From: Hormiphora californensis
Lineage: Eukaryota > Animalia > Ctenophora
Reading direction: 5' to 3'
DNA: 64,000 nucleotides
Assembly (NCBI GenBank): GCA_020137815.1
Contig: CM035361.1
Span: forward strand, 5,828,001 to 5,892,000
The number at the start of each line of letters is the position of its first letter. Position 1 is the stretch's first letter. Positions 24,166 through 38,132 of the stretch are shown here, piece by piece. A program made the translations under genes and the position numbers. The notes under the pieces are model-generated. The model was not told where the DNA came from. It saw only the letters and a list, made by a program, of their open reading frames with translations, and did no database searches.

Positions 24166-27100
24166 CTAGTTGAGTGCCATGGGAGAGTTTGTGGTGGCGG
24201 GAGAGAGTTTTGGCTGTCCCAGAGAGTTTACACTGAATGTGCTGCCGTGTTTTTGTAGGACACTGTCTCGCTTCAAGTTCAAGTACTTTTTGTAGTTCTC
24301 CAGGTAATCCTGAAAAGAGGGATGGTTGTTAGGGGAAGAGGGGTGGTTGCTAGGGGAAGGGAGTTGGTTGTTAGGGGAAGAGGGATGGTTGTTAGGGGAA
24401 GGGGGTTGGTTGCTAGGGGAAGGGGGTTGGTTGCTAGGGGAAGGGAGATGGTTGTTAGGGGAAGAGGGATGGTTGTTAGGGGAAGGGCGGTGGTTGTTAG
24501 GGGAAGGGGGTTGGTTGTTAGGGGAAGAGAGGTGGTTGCTAGGGGAAGAGAGGTGGATGCTAGGGGAAGAGAGATGGTTGTTAGGGGAAGGGAGGTGGTT
24601 GCTAGGGGAAGGGAGATGGTTGTTAGGGGAAGGGATTTGGTTGTTAGGGGAATTTTTTCAATTTGTGTGTCGAGTTTTTACCTCTTCTCCATCGATATCC
24701 AGTTGGATTGCTTTCAATCGTTCCGCTCTTTCTGCCATCATCTTTGCCTTAACAGTTTCAACTTCATCCTTCGATTCACCTAGATTAATTGATTAATTAG
24801 TCAACTATAACCAATTGACTAGTGGCTTGATTATTAAATTAATTAATTAATTTTATTGAATATATTTGATTCTAATTCCCATTTCAACAATTAGTACCTG
24901 TCGCATCTTCTGCCAGAATTGTCAGATTATTAGCCCTTTCCTCCAGAAGTGTAATTTGAGCCCTCAGAGATCCAATTTCCGTGTGGGAAAGACTCAGTTT
25001 ACCTGGAGAGAACAATGGATGCAGTTTCAGAATTTTGAAACATGTGTAATCTTACAGCGCTGTTTGTACTGGGAAAACGGTACGTACACCGAAAATTTGA
25101 CCTTAAAAAAGGGCCGATTCATAAATTACCTTCCAGATCAGCACATTCAATTTCCTTGATTTGAAGTCTCTCCTCGGCCAGTTGACTCCTCGCACTACAC
25201 TCCCCAGCCAACACTGCCATCTTCTCAAGCTCTTCTTCCAGGATAGATATCTCCGCTTCCTGGCCGGTTAACATTTTCCGTAGCTTAGTATGATCGCCAA
25301 CTCGGTCTAGGGAGAGTAAGGAGGAGGTTTAAACCAAAGTTCTGAAATAGTTAGGAGGATATTGGACGAAGGAAGATTGGACTAACTAATTACTGATTAG
25401 TGCTGATTACCCTGGTCAATGTTGATTCTGTTGATGGTTCGTTTGATTGTTTTGACCCACTTTTCCCGTTCCTCTGTAGTAGAGGTAGAGAATGTAACTG
25501 TGTTTTCCTCGCACCCATTCAGACCCGTCACCTGGTTGAGGGAAGTTATAGTGTCTGCGAGGGTTGGGTAAATCAGGGAAGGTATTTTTACATGGTTGAT
25601 CATTTTGGGAGGACAGTTTATAGTGTCGTTACACTACCCGTCCTTTAGAACTGGCGGCCCAGTTTTTCTGACGCGCAAAAACAAAATAGCGCGGCACTCT
25701 CCCTCTCTAGTCCCATCTTCTCCTCCATTGAGAGCGTTTATTGAATAATTGGTTGTGACAGAAAGAAGAGATAGACTGCCCCTTTCATGAGAGAGAAACT
25801 AGAGAGAGAAACCAACCGAGCCTCTCTTGAATGCCCCATGTATTAATTGTTATCAGTTTCACACCTCCCCTTGTTGCATAGAGTCCGGCTTCTTTACGGA
25901 GAGTAAGACTGGGGATCTAAGTAAGAGACACTTTATGTAAGGCGCCGGTCAATGCTCCCACTGCTGCTCGCGATCACCCGAACCGCCAGTACATAAGAAC
26001 GGGGAGTTTTTAGAGATCTGTCACACATTGGTGAAAAGTTAGTGTTATACGGAGGGTCAAAAAAATGGAGGGAAAACAGTCAAAATTTGGGGAAATATTC
26101 GGTACTGAAAATTGAGTTTCGGTTACAACTGTCCCCCTCTTTTTAAAGAAACTGTCCCAGACCTGATTCAGACATAACATCTATGGTTAATCGTGAACAT
26201 ATACCTTGAAGGTAAATTCCTTTGCCTTTGGATCCTCATCCCCAACACTAACAGACGTGTAGTGGTTAAGGTGGAAAAACATACACTTTCCGTCAGTCTC
26301 AACGGGGGTGTGCTCCTCGTACAGCTTTCCTGGTAATTATCAATCAATTATCAATCAATTAGATAACACTTATCAATCAATTAGATTACAAACTAATCGA
26401 TTATCTAATGAGTTTGTTTATCAAATAAGTATTAAATGAGAAGATGAAAATTCATATTTCCCACAGTACCTTTAGCCTGATCGCAGCAGAAAATTTGGAA
26501 AAGATCGGGATCCACTCTGCAAAACTGGCTGGCCCACTTCTGCTTTTTTAGGGTTTTAGCTACTTTGGGTGGCGCATTGGGCACAATATATGGGCCCTTT
26601 TTGATGACTCCAAAGATAACCGGTACTGCCGTCAGTTCCACGCTGACTTGCTCCGTCCTAAAAGGAGAGATAAATTTATTTATTTATAAATCATGAATCA
26701 TGAATCATGATAATTCATGAATCATGATAAATCATGAATCATGATAAATTCAAAATATGTATGATGTACCAAATGTACAATAAGTATAGGATGTTTCTGT
26801 TTGTTAATTAACTATAATTACTAATTAATTAATTAACTTACTCTTCCTCGCCCATTGGGTCCTGTGTGATTTCAATGGCAGGTGTAGAGAGAACTTCCTC
26901 TGCATCCTCTCCGGTAGATGGAGTCTCCACTGGGACAGGTGGCTCTGAAATGACCGGTAGGTAAATAACAGTGCTCCTTGTAGTGGGAATACGGTGTCTT
27001 GAATGGGTGAAAATGGGTGAAAATGATTAAGATCGGGTGATTGTTTGAATGAAAGGAAGGATAGAATTGAATATTGATGAGATTAAAGAAAAATGGACAA

Positions 27101-27675
27101 CGGTGATGATTGCTTTACAAAATAAAATTTAATTTTACTTACTATAGTAAGTAAAATACAATTTTGTCGAGTTCATTGTGCTTTCTTACCTTCACCTGAT
27201 CCATCTTCTTCTTCGGCTGGTTCCTCAGGTTCAGCAACCTCATGCTCCTCAGCTGCTGCCTCGGGCTCAGCCACTGGCTCCTCAGGTTCAGCCACTGGCT
27301 CCTCAGCTGCTGCCTCAGGTTCAGTCACTGGTTCCTCAGGTTCAGCTACAGGGACTTCAGCAGCGGGTTCATCAGCAGCAGGGGCTTCTTCTGCAACAGA
27401 TCCCTCAGGACTGGGCTCTGTAGGAAAGTTTATATAAAACAACCCACTATAATAGGGACCTCAGGGAGAGTGAGAGAGTTTATATAGTTGGTAATTGTGT
27501 GTGATTCACGTTGGAAGGCGAACTTGTGATTCAAGCTTTAAGGTGAAAAGAACCATATTTCCAGCCATTCAATGATCGTTTTGTGTGGCCAAAAAGAAAC
27601 TCATATCTTACCGGGTACTTCTTGGGGAGCAGGGGTGGGAGGAATCTCCTTCTTCTTCCTTTTGAACAGGGTCAT
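24166..27675 (-). CDS. Multi-exon PH-domain protein with acidic E/P/A-rich N-terminus and C-terminal coiled coil
   Basis: Exons 27675-27612 (MTLFKRKKK...), 27417-27190, 26944-26842, ~26657-26470, ~26330-26206, ~25530-25411, ~25306-25129, ~25002-24898, ~24779-24682 and 24309-24166 (TAG). PH motifs GVIKKG, KWASQFC and TFSTSTTEEREKWVKTIK. Confidence 0.8.
24315..24651. repeat. 21-bp intronic minisatellite (~16 copies)
   Basis: Unit gggaagagggatggttgttag; abuts the 3' splice site at 24310. Confidence 0.9.
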
Positions 27676-27797
27676 GGCGCCAACTGAGAAGAGGGGAATT
27701 ACTAATTAATTAATTAATTAATTACTATGCAATTAATTGGGGGAATATTGGGGGAAGTAGAGATTTTCAAATTTAATACAAATTTAATGAGGGGAAT

Positions 27798-27864
27798 TAG
27801 ATTCGATATTATCGAATCGAAATATCGATATTCCATTCGATATCGATATATATCGCCGGCTCCT
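27798..27864 (-). mobile_element. Solo end of the hAT-like atcga-satellite element
   Basis: Reverse complement of the terminus at 32474 (taggagccggcgatatatatcgatatcgaat). Confidence 0.7.
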
Positions 27865-27865
27865 A

Positions 27866-29884
27866 GTTTCGAACCGTCTAATTAGCGACAAGACGTGCGA
27901 TAAGATGCACTGATTCGAAACACGATTCGGACGTGGTTGATATACCTTTGAAAAATTTTCATAACTTTTTTTTGCAAAATTTTACAGAATGATTGTCAAT
28001 GCCTTGATCGGTGTTCCCCAGGAATTTTCAGAGAAAAATATATTTTGAAATTCAAATTGTTCCTCACCCCGCTTAAAGTGCCCCGATTCGGCATGGTATC
28101 ACGTATCGGTTCGTCTAATTAGCAGCAAGACATGCGATAAGATGCACTGATTCGATAAACGATTCGGACGTGGTTGATATAGAAACCTTAGAAAATTTTT
28201 ATAACTTATTTTTAAATTACTTTCTTTTTCTAATCAGAAATGATCATGTAATCAATACATGGACATTGCATTTAACACTTAGAGGTGTTTTAGTATAGCA
28301 TTTTGGACAAAAATAGGGTTTTATGGGCCAAATATGCTCTACCCCGATTTAACGGACACCCCGATTTAACGGACAAAACCCTTTCCCCCGAGGGTGCACG
28401 GCGTGCCCGAGGGTAGTTTAACATTTGTTTGAGTGCACACCTCCAATTCCGGTTGTAACTGGTCGGGAAGACCTCCCTGAAGGTCGTGACGGTGCGGGAA
28501 AAATAGGGTAGACCTGCTGCGGCTTCAGAAAATTGAGAAAAAGATAGCTATCTTTTTTTTCACTTTGAAAATAAGACGTTTTTTATTAAAAGATCCTTGA
28601 TCAGTGAGATACGGTTGTCCCCCACCTATTTTTTGACGTAGAATCGAATGCCGTTGAAGTCAAATCTCTCAAATGTTGGCAAAATGGAGAAAATCACGTT
28701 TTTAGGTGTTTTTTGGTGAAAAAAGCGTTCAAACTGGTAGTAGATAATTGGATAGAGTCCCAAAAATATCATAAATCGATTTTTTGGGTCTTTTTCGCCC
28801 TAGGAACAGAGTTTCATGAAAATCTGGTACAACGCCTATTCTCCGTTTGCTTTCAAAGAAGGTGAATATTGCTCTAATTTAGCCAATTTTGAAGAAAAGG
28901 CGTCCAAAATGATACCAGTTGACAGGATAGAGTCCCAAAAACGTGAAAATCGTCAATTTTAGGCATTTTATACCCTAGAAACAAATGGACATGGTGGTCG
29001 AATGATATTTTTTATCTCGGTAGGCCTCTGAAGTATGTGGAAATAGCCACAATGTAGAGATTGTGGTAAATTAATGTGAATAAACGTTTACCAAACCCAC
29101 TTTAGCACCTGCTAAGTTGAAGAGTGGCTCTTGCATAATCCAGAAGCCCACTAAAGTGGGTTTGGTAAACGTTTATTCACATTAATTTACCACAATCTCT
29201 ACATTGTGGCTATTTCCACATACTTCAGAGGCCTACCGAGATAAAAAATATCATTCGACCACCATGTCCATTTGTTTCTAGGGTATAAAATGCCTAAAAT
29301 TGATGATTTTCACGTTTTTGGGACTCTATCCTGTCAACTGGTATCATTTTGGACGCCTTTTCTTCAAAATTGGCTAAATTAGAGCAATATTCACCTTCTT
29401 TGAAAGCAAACGGAGAATAGGCGTTGTACCAGATTTTCATGAAACTCTGTTCCTAGGGCGAAAAAGACCCAAAAAATCGATTTATGATATTTTTGGGACT
29501 CTATCCCATTATCTACTACCAGTTTGAACGCTTTTTTCACCAAAAAACACCTAAAAACGTGATTTTCTCCATTTTGCCAACATTTGAGAGATATGACTTC
29601 AACGGCATTCGATTCTACGTCAAAAAATAGGTGGGGGACAACCGTATCTCACTGATCAAGGATCTTTTAATAAAAAACGTCTTATTTTCAAGTGAAAAAA
29701 AAGATAGCTATCTTTTTCTCAATTTTCTGAAGCCGCAGCAGGTCTACCCTATTTTTCCCGCACCGTCACGACCTTCAGGGAGGTCTTCCCGACCAGTTAC
29801 AACCGGAATTGGAGGTGTGCACTCAAACAAATGTTAAACTACCCTCGGGCACGCCGTGGGTGCCGTTAAATCGGGGTCCGACTG
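27866..29884. mobile_element. 5'-truncated pogo-like MITE hosting a Chapaev-like insertion
   Basis: Internal blocks as in 4506-5486. The right end ...ttcccccgagggtg|insertion|ggtgccgttaaatcggggtccgactg|ta. Confidence 0.8.
28397..29858. mobile_element. Chapaev/CMC-like foldback element: ~709-bp near-perfect TIRs with a 45-bp spacer
   Basis: Termini CACGG...CCGTG, 4-bp TSD ggtg; arms 28397-29105 and 29151-29858. Confidence 0.85.
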
Positions 29885-30189
29885 TAATTGCAAAATTAAA
29901 TTTTAAACTTTTCCGCGGACACACGCACCGACCTCTGTTAAAATATTCTCTCCAATTCTAATGGTGCCAATCATTTCGACGTGCACAGGAGGTTTTAACA
30001 GGTTATAGAATTTCAAAAACATGTCCACTGAAAAGTTTTAAATTTAATTTTTTAGTTTTTATTGGTGTGTACTGTCCCTTATTTATTATATAGTTTTGGC
30101 ACTTAAATTCTGTGTTTTTAGAATTTCGACTGTCAGAGCCGCAAAATGTCGACAACCACAGTGTGTCTCAGGAACCGACCGAATCAGGA

Positions 30190-30364
30190 ACTTCTAACCC
30201 CTGCAATCTCATTGCTTCAGATGATTTTACGAATCCGAAGTGGCCATCACGTCCCCGGTGTGGCTGCCCCTGGTTCTTTTAGTTCCTTTAGCATTGCGCT
30301 AGTCGACAGGCCCGAACCTGTGACCTAGCGCGTGGAAGGCCACTGACCACTACACCACCATGCC
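30190..30364 (-). mobile_element. Probable tRNA-derived SINE
   Basis: The minus strand begins ggcatggtggtgtagtggtca (A box) with ggttcgggcc (B box) ~35 nt later; no complete cloverleaf. Confidence 0.5.
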
Positions 30365-30969
30365 ACCCATATATTGATTTCAAATCCGCATTCGATTTGA
30401 ATTGAGATCTCAGATGTCAGTGGTAAACAGCCGTAAAAAAGGCGCACTTAACCTATATGTTATTACAAGGGTTAACCCATCACGACAGGCTAGGTAGGTT
30501 TTCCAGGTAGTTTCATGTCATGAAATTCACGAGTTCTAACTAGCTCCACGTAATAATATGATTCCGCGTAATCGGTATCGCCCCATACCTCTCGGAATTC
30601 TTTGTTCAATGGGTCCCATGCCAGGACCTAAAATTCATGGAAGCGTTGTTCTGCAGCAGTATTCGACTTTAATGGGTCCCATGCCAGGACCTAAAATTCA
30701 TGGATCAAGCGTACTGTTCTGCAGTATTCGACTTAACGGAACGAATACTGCAGAACAAGGAATTGCGTGGGATTGAGAGCGTGAGAAGGGACTAGACGGA
30801 AAACGAAGAAAATCATACCTCATTACTATATAGCTCGATCTTACTCGGACCTTTATTCTTCAAGCAAATAAATTGTTCATTCGTGACTATAAATACTCGA
30901 GTTCGTTTTCAATAATGGCCATATGTAATATTAGTATGTTACTTGACACTTGTTGCAGCTTCTATTCTA

Positions 30970-31393
30970 CAGTCGGACCCCGAATTACCAGATAGAAAAT
31001 TAACGGTATTTGACCTCGATCAGTGATCACTATCGGACACCCCGATTTACAGAGCAACTTACAAAAAATTACGGGTACTTTTGTCCCGTTGGGGTATGTA
31101 ATTAATATTAAAATTTGATTTTAAACCCGCGCACACCAGCGCTGTTAAAAATTATCTCCCCTATTCTAAAAGTAACAATTTCGCGCACCATTTAACGGTC
31201 GCGTTGGATGACAAAATTATTTTATCATCCAACACGACCGTCAAAATTTCGCGCGAGATTGTTACTTTTAGAATGGGGGAGAGAAATTTTAACGACCGTT
31301 GGTGTGTACGGCGTCAAAATTAAAATTTTAATTTTAATTTTAACTTTGTGTGTGCTGAGTCAGCACTGCTGACCATTTATCGGTGTCCGACTG
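30970..31393. mobile_element. Degenerate pogo-like MITE with a nested palindromic (Harbinger-like) MITE
   Basis: ta|cagtcggacccc ... gtccgactg|ta. The inner 31100-31345 hairpin is homologous to 53251-53518. Confidence 0.65.
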
Positions 31394-31478
31394 TATTTGC
31401 ATATTCCTGAAATAGTTTATAGGCTGGAAACTGATATGGGAGACTCATGATAAAACATGCTGCGCGCGTGATCTACGA

Positions 31479-31680
31479 TAGGGATCCCTAAAAAAGTTCA
31501 GCATTTACACAGCGTTTACACCAGCTAAGCCATTTCGGATTTTCCCTCGGTAGCGCGGGAAGAAAAATTTCAAAATCTGCGCTGTGATTGGCTTAAATTT
31601 TCCATCGTCAGAAATTTCAGCCAATCACAGCGCACTGGTGTAAACGCTGTGTAAATACTGAACTTTTTTAGGGATCCCTA
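31479..31680. mobile_element. Palindromic MITE (~200 bp)
   Basis: tagggatccctaaaaaagttcagcatttacacagcgtttacaccag and its reverse complement. Confidence 0.8.
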
Positions 31681-32076
31681 TCACGTGATCGAATTTCGAT
31701 GTGAATTGCATTGAAAGTAGCGCAGCACGAAGTTTCAGCAGTCAGCACTGCACTGCCATTTGTAACTGGGAGGTGGAAAGTGACATCAGTTTCTAAATTT
31801 GTAACTGGGGCCTGAATCTCAATTCATTTACACTTTTTTAATTTTACCTTGTCTTTTAGTTGGAGCATCCAATCGGCTTATAATGGGCAGTTTAATTCTC
31901 CTATTCACTACTTCACTAGTAATCTCATTGTTTATTATATTTATATTTTAGTTCATTCACATTTATTTCATTGTGGTGGTCACGGTTTTGTCGACTCTGC
32001 GGGATCGAAAATCCGGGTCAGCGGGAGGAGGGGAGCGGATCTTTGAAGGCTGCAAGCAGCATGACCCTTAATAAAT

Positions 32077-32109
<33 letters not shown>

Positions 32110-32473
32110 TTCCACTGCAGCAAAGGTGCTTCGAGTTTTTCATAAGTTGTTACGGCTCTGATCGTGGGGTGAAGTGGTTAGAAAAACGGTTAAATCAGGG
32201 GTGAAAAAGGATAGAAAAGAGAGTAAATAATAATAATAATAATATCTAGACTGTATCCGGGCCCAGATCCCCAGGGACAGCATAGCAAGTAATACTGCCA
32301 CGGAGGGATCATCAGGAGCAGTTTACTCACCCACATCAAACCAAAATTAGATCAAAAAACGGGGTAAAAACCAAATTAACCTTGCTCTCATGAGATGGAA
32401 GAAATACAATCGGATTCATAACAGACCATAATGGTAAGAAGACAAAAAAAATATAGCTTCAAAAATATCCTCT

Positions 32474-34882
32474 TAGGAGCCGGCCGATATATATCGATAT
32501 CGAATGGGAATATCGTAGTCGTTCGATCTATCGATCGATATTCTAATCGAGCAATTTTTTTCCCGCCGAAATATCGAATCGATATCGAATCGACATTTTT
32601 CGATTACCAAAAAATATCGAATCGATATCGAATCGAAAGTTTTCGATATCACAATATCGAAATCGATATCGAATCGAAAATTTTTTCGATATCAAAAATA
32701 TAGAATCGATATCGAAATCGAAATTTTTTCGATATCAAAAATATCGAAATCGATTACGAATCGAAAAATTTTTCGATATCAAATATCGAATCGATATCGA
32801 TCGAAAATTTTCGGATGCCAACAAATATCGAATCGATAGCGAATCGGAAATTTTTCGATATCAAAATCTCGAATCGATATCGAATCGGAAAAATTTAGAT
32901 TATCAAAATATCGAATGATATCGAATCGAATTTTTCGATATCCAAATATCGAATCGATATTTCGAATCGAAAAAATTTTTCGATATCAAATAATCGAATC
33001 GATATCGAATCGAAATATTTTTTCGAATCAAAATATCGAATCGAATCGATTATCGAATCGAAATTTTTTCGATATCAAAATATCGAATCGATTTATCGAA
33101 TCGAAATTTTTTCGATATCAAAAATCGAATCGATAGCGAATATCGAATTTTTTCGATATCCAAAATATCGAATCGATATCGAATCGAATTTTCGATATCA
33201 AAAATCGAATCGATATCGATCGAAAATTCTCGATATCAAATATCGAATCGATATTCGAATCGATGTTTTTTCGATAACAAAATACGAATCGATATATCGA
33301 ATCGACAAAGTTCGATTATCAAAATATCGAATCAATATCAATAAATCTTATTTCGATATCAAAATATCGAATCGATATCTAACGAATTTTTCGATATGAA
33401 AATCTCTCTCTCTCTCTCTTCTCCTCTCTTTCTCACTTCTCTCTTTCTTTATCTCTCTCTCTCTCTCTCTCTCTTCTATCGCTATCTCACTCTCTCACAG
33501 TAGTAACCCAAGGAGGGGGCTATTGCTATTCATTTAAGTTTCTCTTTTCATTATTCATATAATGCCTTCTTTGTTTGCTATATTGTTCCTGTTGATGATA
33601 AACACGACCAGCAGGAAACTTTAATACGGGTCCATGCCCATTTGGATTCCCAAGCGACTTCAGATAACCTGGGCACAGGTACTCACAGGTTAAGATCTCT
33701 AGAGAGGGAGCGGAAGAAACGATAAAGAGCTAGTTCTCGAGCGGGAGGCCGGAGCGGGAGCTCTATATATAGATCTCTATCACTCTCTCTTATCTTATCG
33801 AGCGGTCTTTCTCTCTCATCTCGTTGATATTTTGCATTTCTATCTATCTATCGATCTATCGCTGTCTCTATCTCTCTCTGTCTCTCTCTCTCTTCTGTCT
33901 CTCTCTGTCTCTCTCTCTCTCTGTCTCTCTCTGTCTCTCTCTCGATATCGAACGGAATATCGATATTTCGATTCGAATAATATGAATCGAATCGAATCCG
34001 GATGTTTCTTCCCAAAATATCGAATCGATATCGAATCGAAATGTTTTCGATATTCAAAATATTCGAATCGATATCGAATCGGAAATTTTTCGATATCAAA
34101 AATATCGAATCGATTATCGAATCGATATTTTTCGATATCAAATATCGAAGCGATAGCGTCGAAATTTCGATACAAATATCGAATCATATCGAATCGAAAA
34201 TTTTTCGATAATCAAAATATCGAATCGACTCGAATCGCGAAATTTTCGATATCAAAATATCGAACGATATCGAATCGAAAAAATTTTCGATTTCAAAAAT
34301 ATCGAATCGATATCGAATCGAAAATTTTCGATCTTAAAATATCGAAATCGATAATCGAATCGATAATTTCGATATCAAAAAATATCGATCGAATCGAATC
34401 GATTATGTTTTCGATTATCAAAATATCGAAAGCGATATCGATCGAAAAAAGTTCGATATTAAAATATCGAAGCGATATCGAATTCGAATTTTTTTTTCGA
34501 TAATCGAATATCGAATCCGATAGTGAATCGATTTTTTTCGATATCAAAAATCGAATCGATATCGAATCGATTTCGATATCAAAATATCGAATCACGATAT
34601 CGAATCGATTTTTTGTCGATATCAAAATATCGATCGAATCGAATCGATTTTTTTTCGATATCAAAATATCGAAATCGATATTCGAATCGAAAATTTCGAA
34701 TTATTAAAATATCGAATAGATATTCGAATCGAAATTTTTTCGATATCAAATATCGATCGATACGAATCGAAAAGGTGGTTTCGATCACAAAATATCGAAT
34801 CGATTATCGAATCGAAAAATTTTTCGATTGTAAAAAATAAACATATCGAATCGAAAAAAAAAACGGGATATCGCGGGCTCTA
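32474..34882. mobile_element. hAT-like non-autonomous element(s) filled with ~35-bp atcga/tcgat satellite
   Basis: Starts taggagccggccgatatatatcg and ends atatcgcgggctcta. Arrays at 32540-33395 and 33940-34855 are separated by CT-rich and unique DNA. The sequence is indel-noisy. Confidence 0.6.
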
Positions 34883-35099
34883 TTAATTCCTCTACAACCT
34901 TTACACCTCTCCAAAAAAAACTTTATAGATCAAAAAGGTTCCAGAAAATCTCTGAACACCCTCAAACCAGACATAGCCCAGGAAAAAGCGGAAAACTGAA
35001 CACTGAATAAAAACTAGTATTACCACACTAAGCCACTCGTGCTTCAAACCCAAAAAGATGTGCTAGAAAAACTTGGTCACGAGGGACAAACAGTAACAA

Positions 35100-38000
35100 A
35101 CACACGTCTTACTGATAGACAGTACAGCGAGTGAAGGATAGCGAGAGGGAAATCCAGAAAGAGGAAAGACACACTAGTCAGCCCCAAGGATTCCACAAAG
35201 TCTTTGTTTGAGACGGGTCTTATTACTGAAACGATTCCACAGTGGTCAACGACCTCAGATCGAGGGGGAGGGACTTCCAAGGCCGGTAAGGGAACTGAGT
35301 CTCCTCTTCTTAGTTTAGAACGGCATTCACACTCGACAGTTTGGGGTACCGGAAGCTTAAAGAGATGTGCACCGTAGTCGCTTGGTCGGCGGGGTACATC
35401 CAGTACATTGTCCGCAGATTGCTCACAGAGGTAGTCTGGAGACGTCCATCAGTATGTCTGTACGGCCATAAGACATGATTTGAGACAAACACGTTTGCTC
35501 AATAGGGAGAATGTGAGTCTCTCTCAGGTAGGGCAGGTAATTCATCTTGAGACATTTGAGTCCATAGATGAACCTAACACAGGAATGAGCACCTTGAAGG
35601 CGGGCAATGAGCATTCTTTGGAAGACCTCCATAAAGGATATTACAATATCAGACGGAGAGATAAACAAGCTGCTCACCAAGAGAACTTGGTGGAGAAGTC
35701 CAGACAACGATTGACCATGCCCTAAATTCTTCAACAGCATTCCACAATGTTTTCTCACACTGTTCACCTGACGCTCCAAAGTCAAGTTTCATCCATTTAA
35801 ATACCAGAGGTCTGGCCCCGAAGTAACCCTAAGTCAATAGGACCGATACCACATCTCCAAACCTTAACGACGGTTAAAAGTAAGCTTATCGATAGCACTA
35901 CTTTACCCAGGATAAGAAGTTACCGTTTCGACTCATTGCATTTCACCAGTTGCTTGACCATCCATCCTTGAGGGGGCGATTCAAGACATTCTCACATTCC
36001 TCTTCGGTCTTTCCATTGGTCTCATCCCAGGAACCAAGACCACATAAATCTGGAGTATCTGCATATAGCTTAATTTTAAAGCCCATATGCACGCACCAGA
36101 TCTGAAGTCATCCACATAGAGAAGAAGCAAGACTGGACCAAGGAGGGATCCTTGGGTACCCACATATCAAATAAATCATCTGATAGTTCTCCCTCGCACG
36201 GTCACTTGAAGTTCCTCGTCGATCCAAGATAAATGATAACCCACTGAAGGGTGCTCCTCTTACTCCAAACCTCCTACTCAGAACGTCACAAGCTTAGATA
36301 GAATGATCCACAGTGTCAACAAGGCAGCTGACATTATCCAAAAGAAGAAAGGCAACAACATTACCTTGTCCAATTTCTGTAAAAGGTCATCAAACATCCC
36401 TAAGTAGGGCTCCGCAACTATGCATACCCTGTACCCAGAATGTGAGGGTTCTCGTAGGCATTATCCTGAAGGAACTTGTTGAGCTGGTCAAGTACCACCG
36501 TCTCAAGAACTTTTGAGATAAATGGTAGGTCGATACCGGGCGATAGTTAGGATAGGCTGTCCCTATCCCCATTAGGGTTCTTAAATGGTGGGAAAAACAA
36601 AGGCTGCTGAAACGTCTCTGGACACAACAGCTTGGCGAAGAGAAGGGAGTTAATAACTCTTGTATGTAAACAGAGGAGCCAAAAACTTCGATTACACTCT
36701 TTAATCATCCACGTTGGTTATCAGATCCCGTATCACACGTCTTATCGCCAATCCTTCCACTATCCTCTTAATCTCCTCCAAGAGGAACTTCCCTGAATTC
36801 TCGAAACGTACAATTCCTAAACGAAGTCCTCAAGAGATTCCCACATCTCATAAGCATTGCTCTCTGCATAACAGCATTTCTGGATTTTCTCAACTTTACC
36901 AGTAAAGAAAGTCCGCAAAACAAAATCTAGCAAGTTTACGATCACATCCCGTTTCAGGTAGTACTACCTCACCTTTTCCCAGCAGTCGTTGAGTGTCCTC
37001 TGTAGCCATTGGAGTCCCTTAGATTTCGAGAATCTGCTTTGAAGTAGTTTAATCATCGCTTCCTTCGTCAACTTTTCCAAACATCTTCTTCATAGCTGTA
37101 CTGCCTTCTTGTGATGGGGGTTTTTATTTACCCTCCCACGCCCCCAGCACACCGGACGGAGTCTAAGTGCTGTATGACCTCCGCATTGTCTCTCCACGGG
37201 CGAAGCTCTTAACTTTCTTTCTCCTCCTCAATGGGACAGTAGTATCCACTATTCTCTAGTTCTCGCTCATAGATCTCAAAGTTCTCTTCGGGGAGTCCTC
37301 CAGCATACGGATCCTCAAGATTCAGTCCCTCTAACGGCTTTATAAACAAAACTGGGTACACTGATTTGAAGTCTCTGTAGGTATTGACACGATTTCGGTC
37401 CTGCATGTCGCAATGCTTGGTTTCCCGGGAAAACCTCACCTCAAGACTAGGAATGATCGGATTCAAGTCCCATCAGGGTAAAGCTCCAAGGGATTTGACT
37501 TTTGCCTCCCACTTCCTTCGGGGCAACCACTAGATCAAGTGTACCCCCACGATTGTGGTAGGCTGCCTAGGAACAAAGTGAGAAAATTCCAGAGAGTCCA
37601 GGAGTTCAGGCTAGCTTTATGGTTGGAGGAAGAAATTTTTTCCCATCCTGCCACTGGAAATTAAAATCACCCATGATCAGAGGAAGACATGTTTGACACC
37701 AGTTCAGGAGTAATCCGCGAATTCATCCAGGACTTCGCCTCAGTAAACCGAGCTTTACCCGTATAGGGGGGGGGGTCTGTAACATGTTACATAACGAGTG
37801 AGATCGGCAACGTCAACAATTAAAACCTCCTGTATCTGAAAAGACAGAAAATTTCGAACAGGTGACAGCCTGACCTTCACTCCATCCCGGTAGAGAATAC
37901 CAATTCCTCCTCCCGCTCTCTCCGCTCTTGGTGATGAAAAGATATTCCAGCCATAATCTCGTATCTCCTGAAGTTTAGCTGTATCCGTATTCTTTAGGTA

Positions 38001-38132
38001 TGTTTCCTGAATTAGACATATATCACATTTCTTATCCTCAAGATGTGTAATGACCCCAGACGTTTTGTTCTGAATGGAGTGTACATTTAATGTACCGATC
38101 CTCCACGTCTCTTTACCTTCAGATCTTCCCAC
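35100..38132 (-). pseudogene. LINE ORF2 (APE endonuclease + reverse transcriptase), multiply frameshifted
   Basis: RIGTLNVHSI, DICLIQET and GGGIGIL (endonuclease); NYRPVS (~36540); QGSLLGPVLLLLYVDD (~36160-36110, RT catalytic motif). Confidence 0.85.

Noticed and set aside
24322-24796. RG-rich and WLLGE repeat ORFs
   Set aside because: Antisense translation of the intronic 21-bp repeat of the PH gene.
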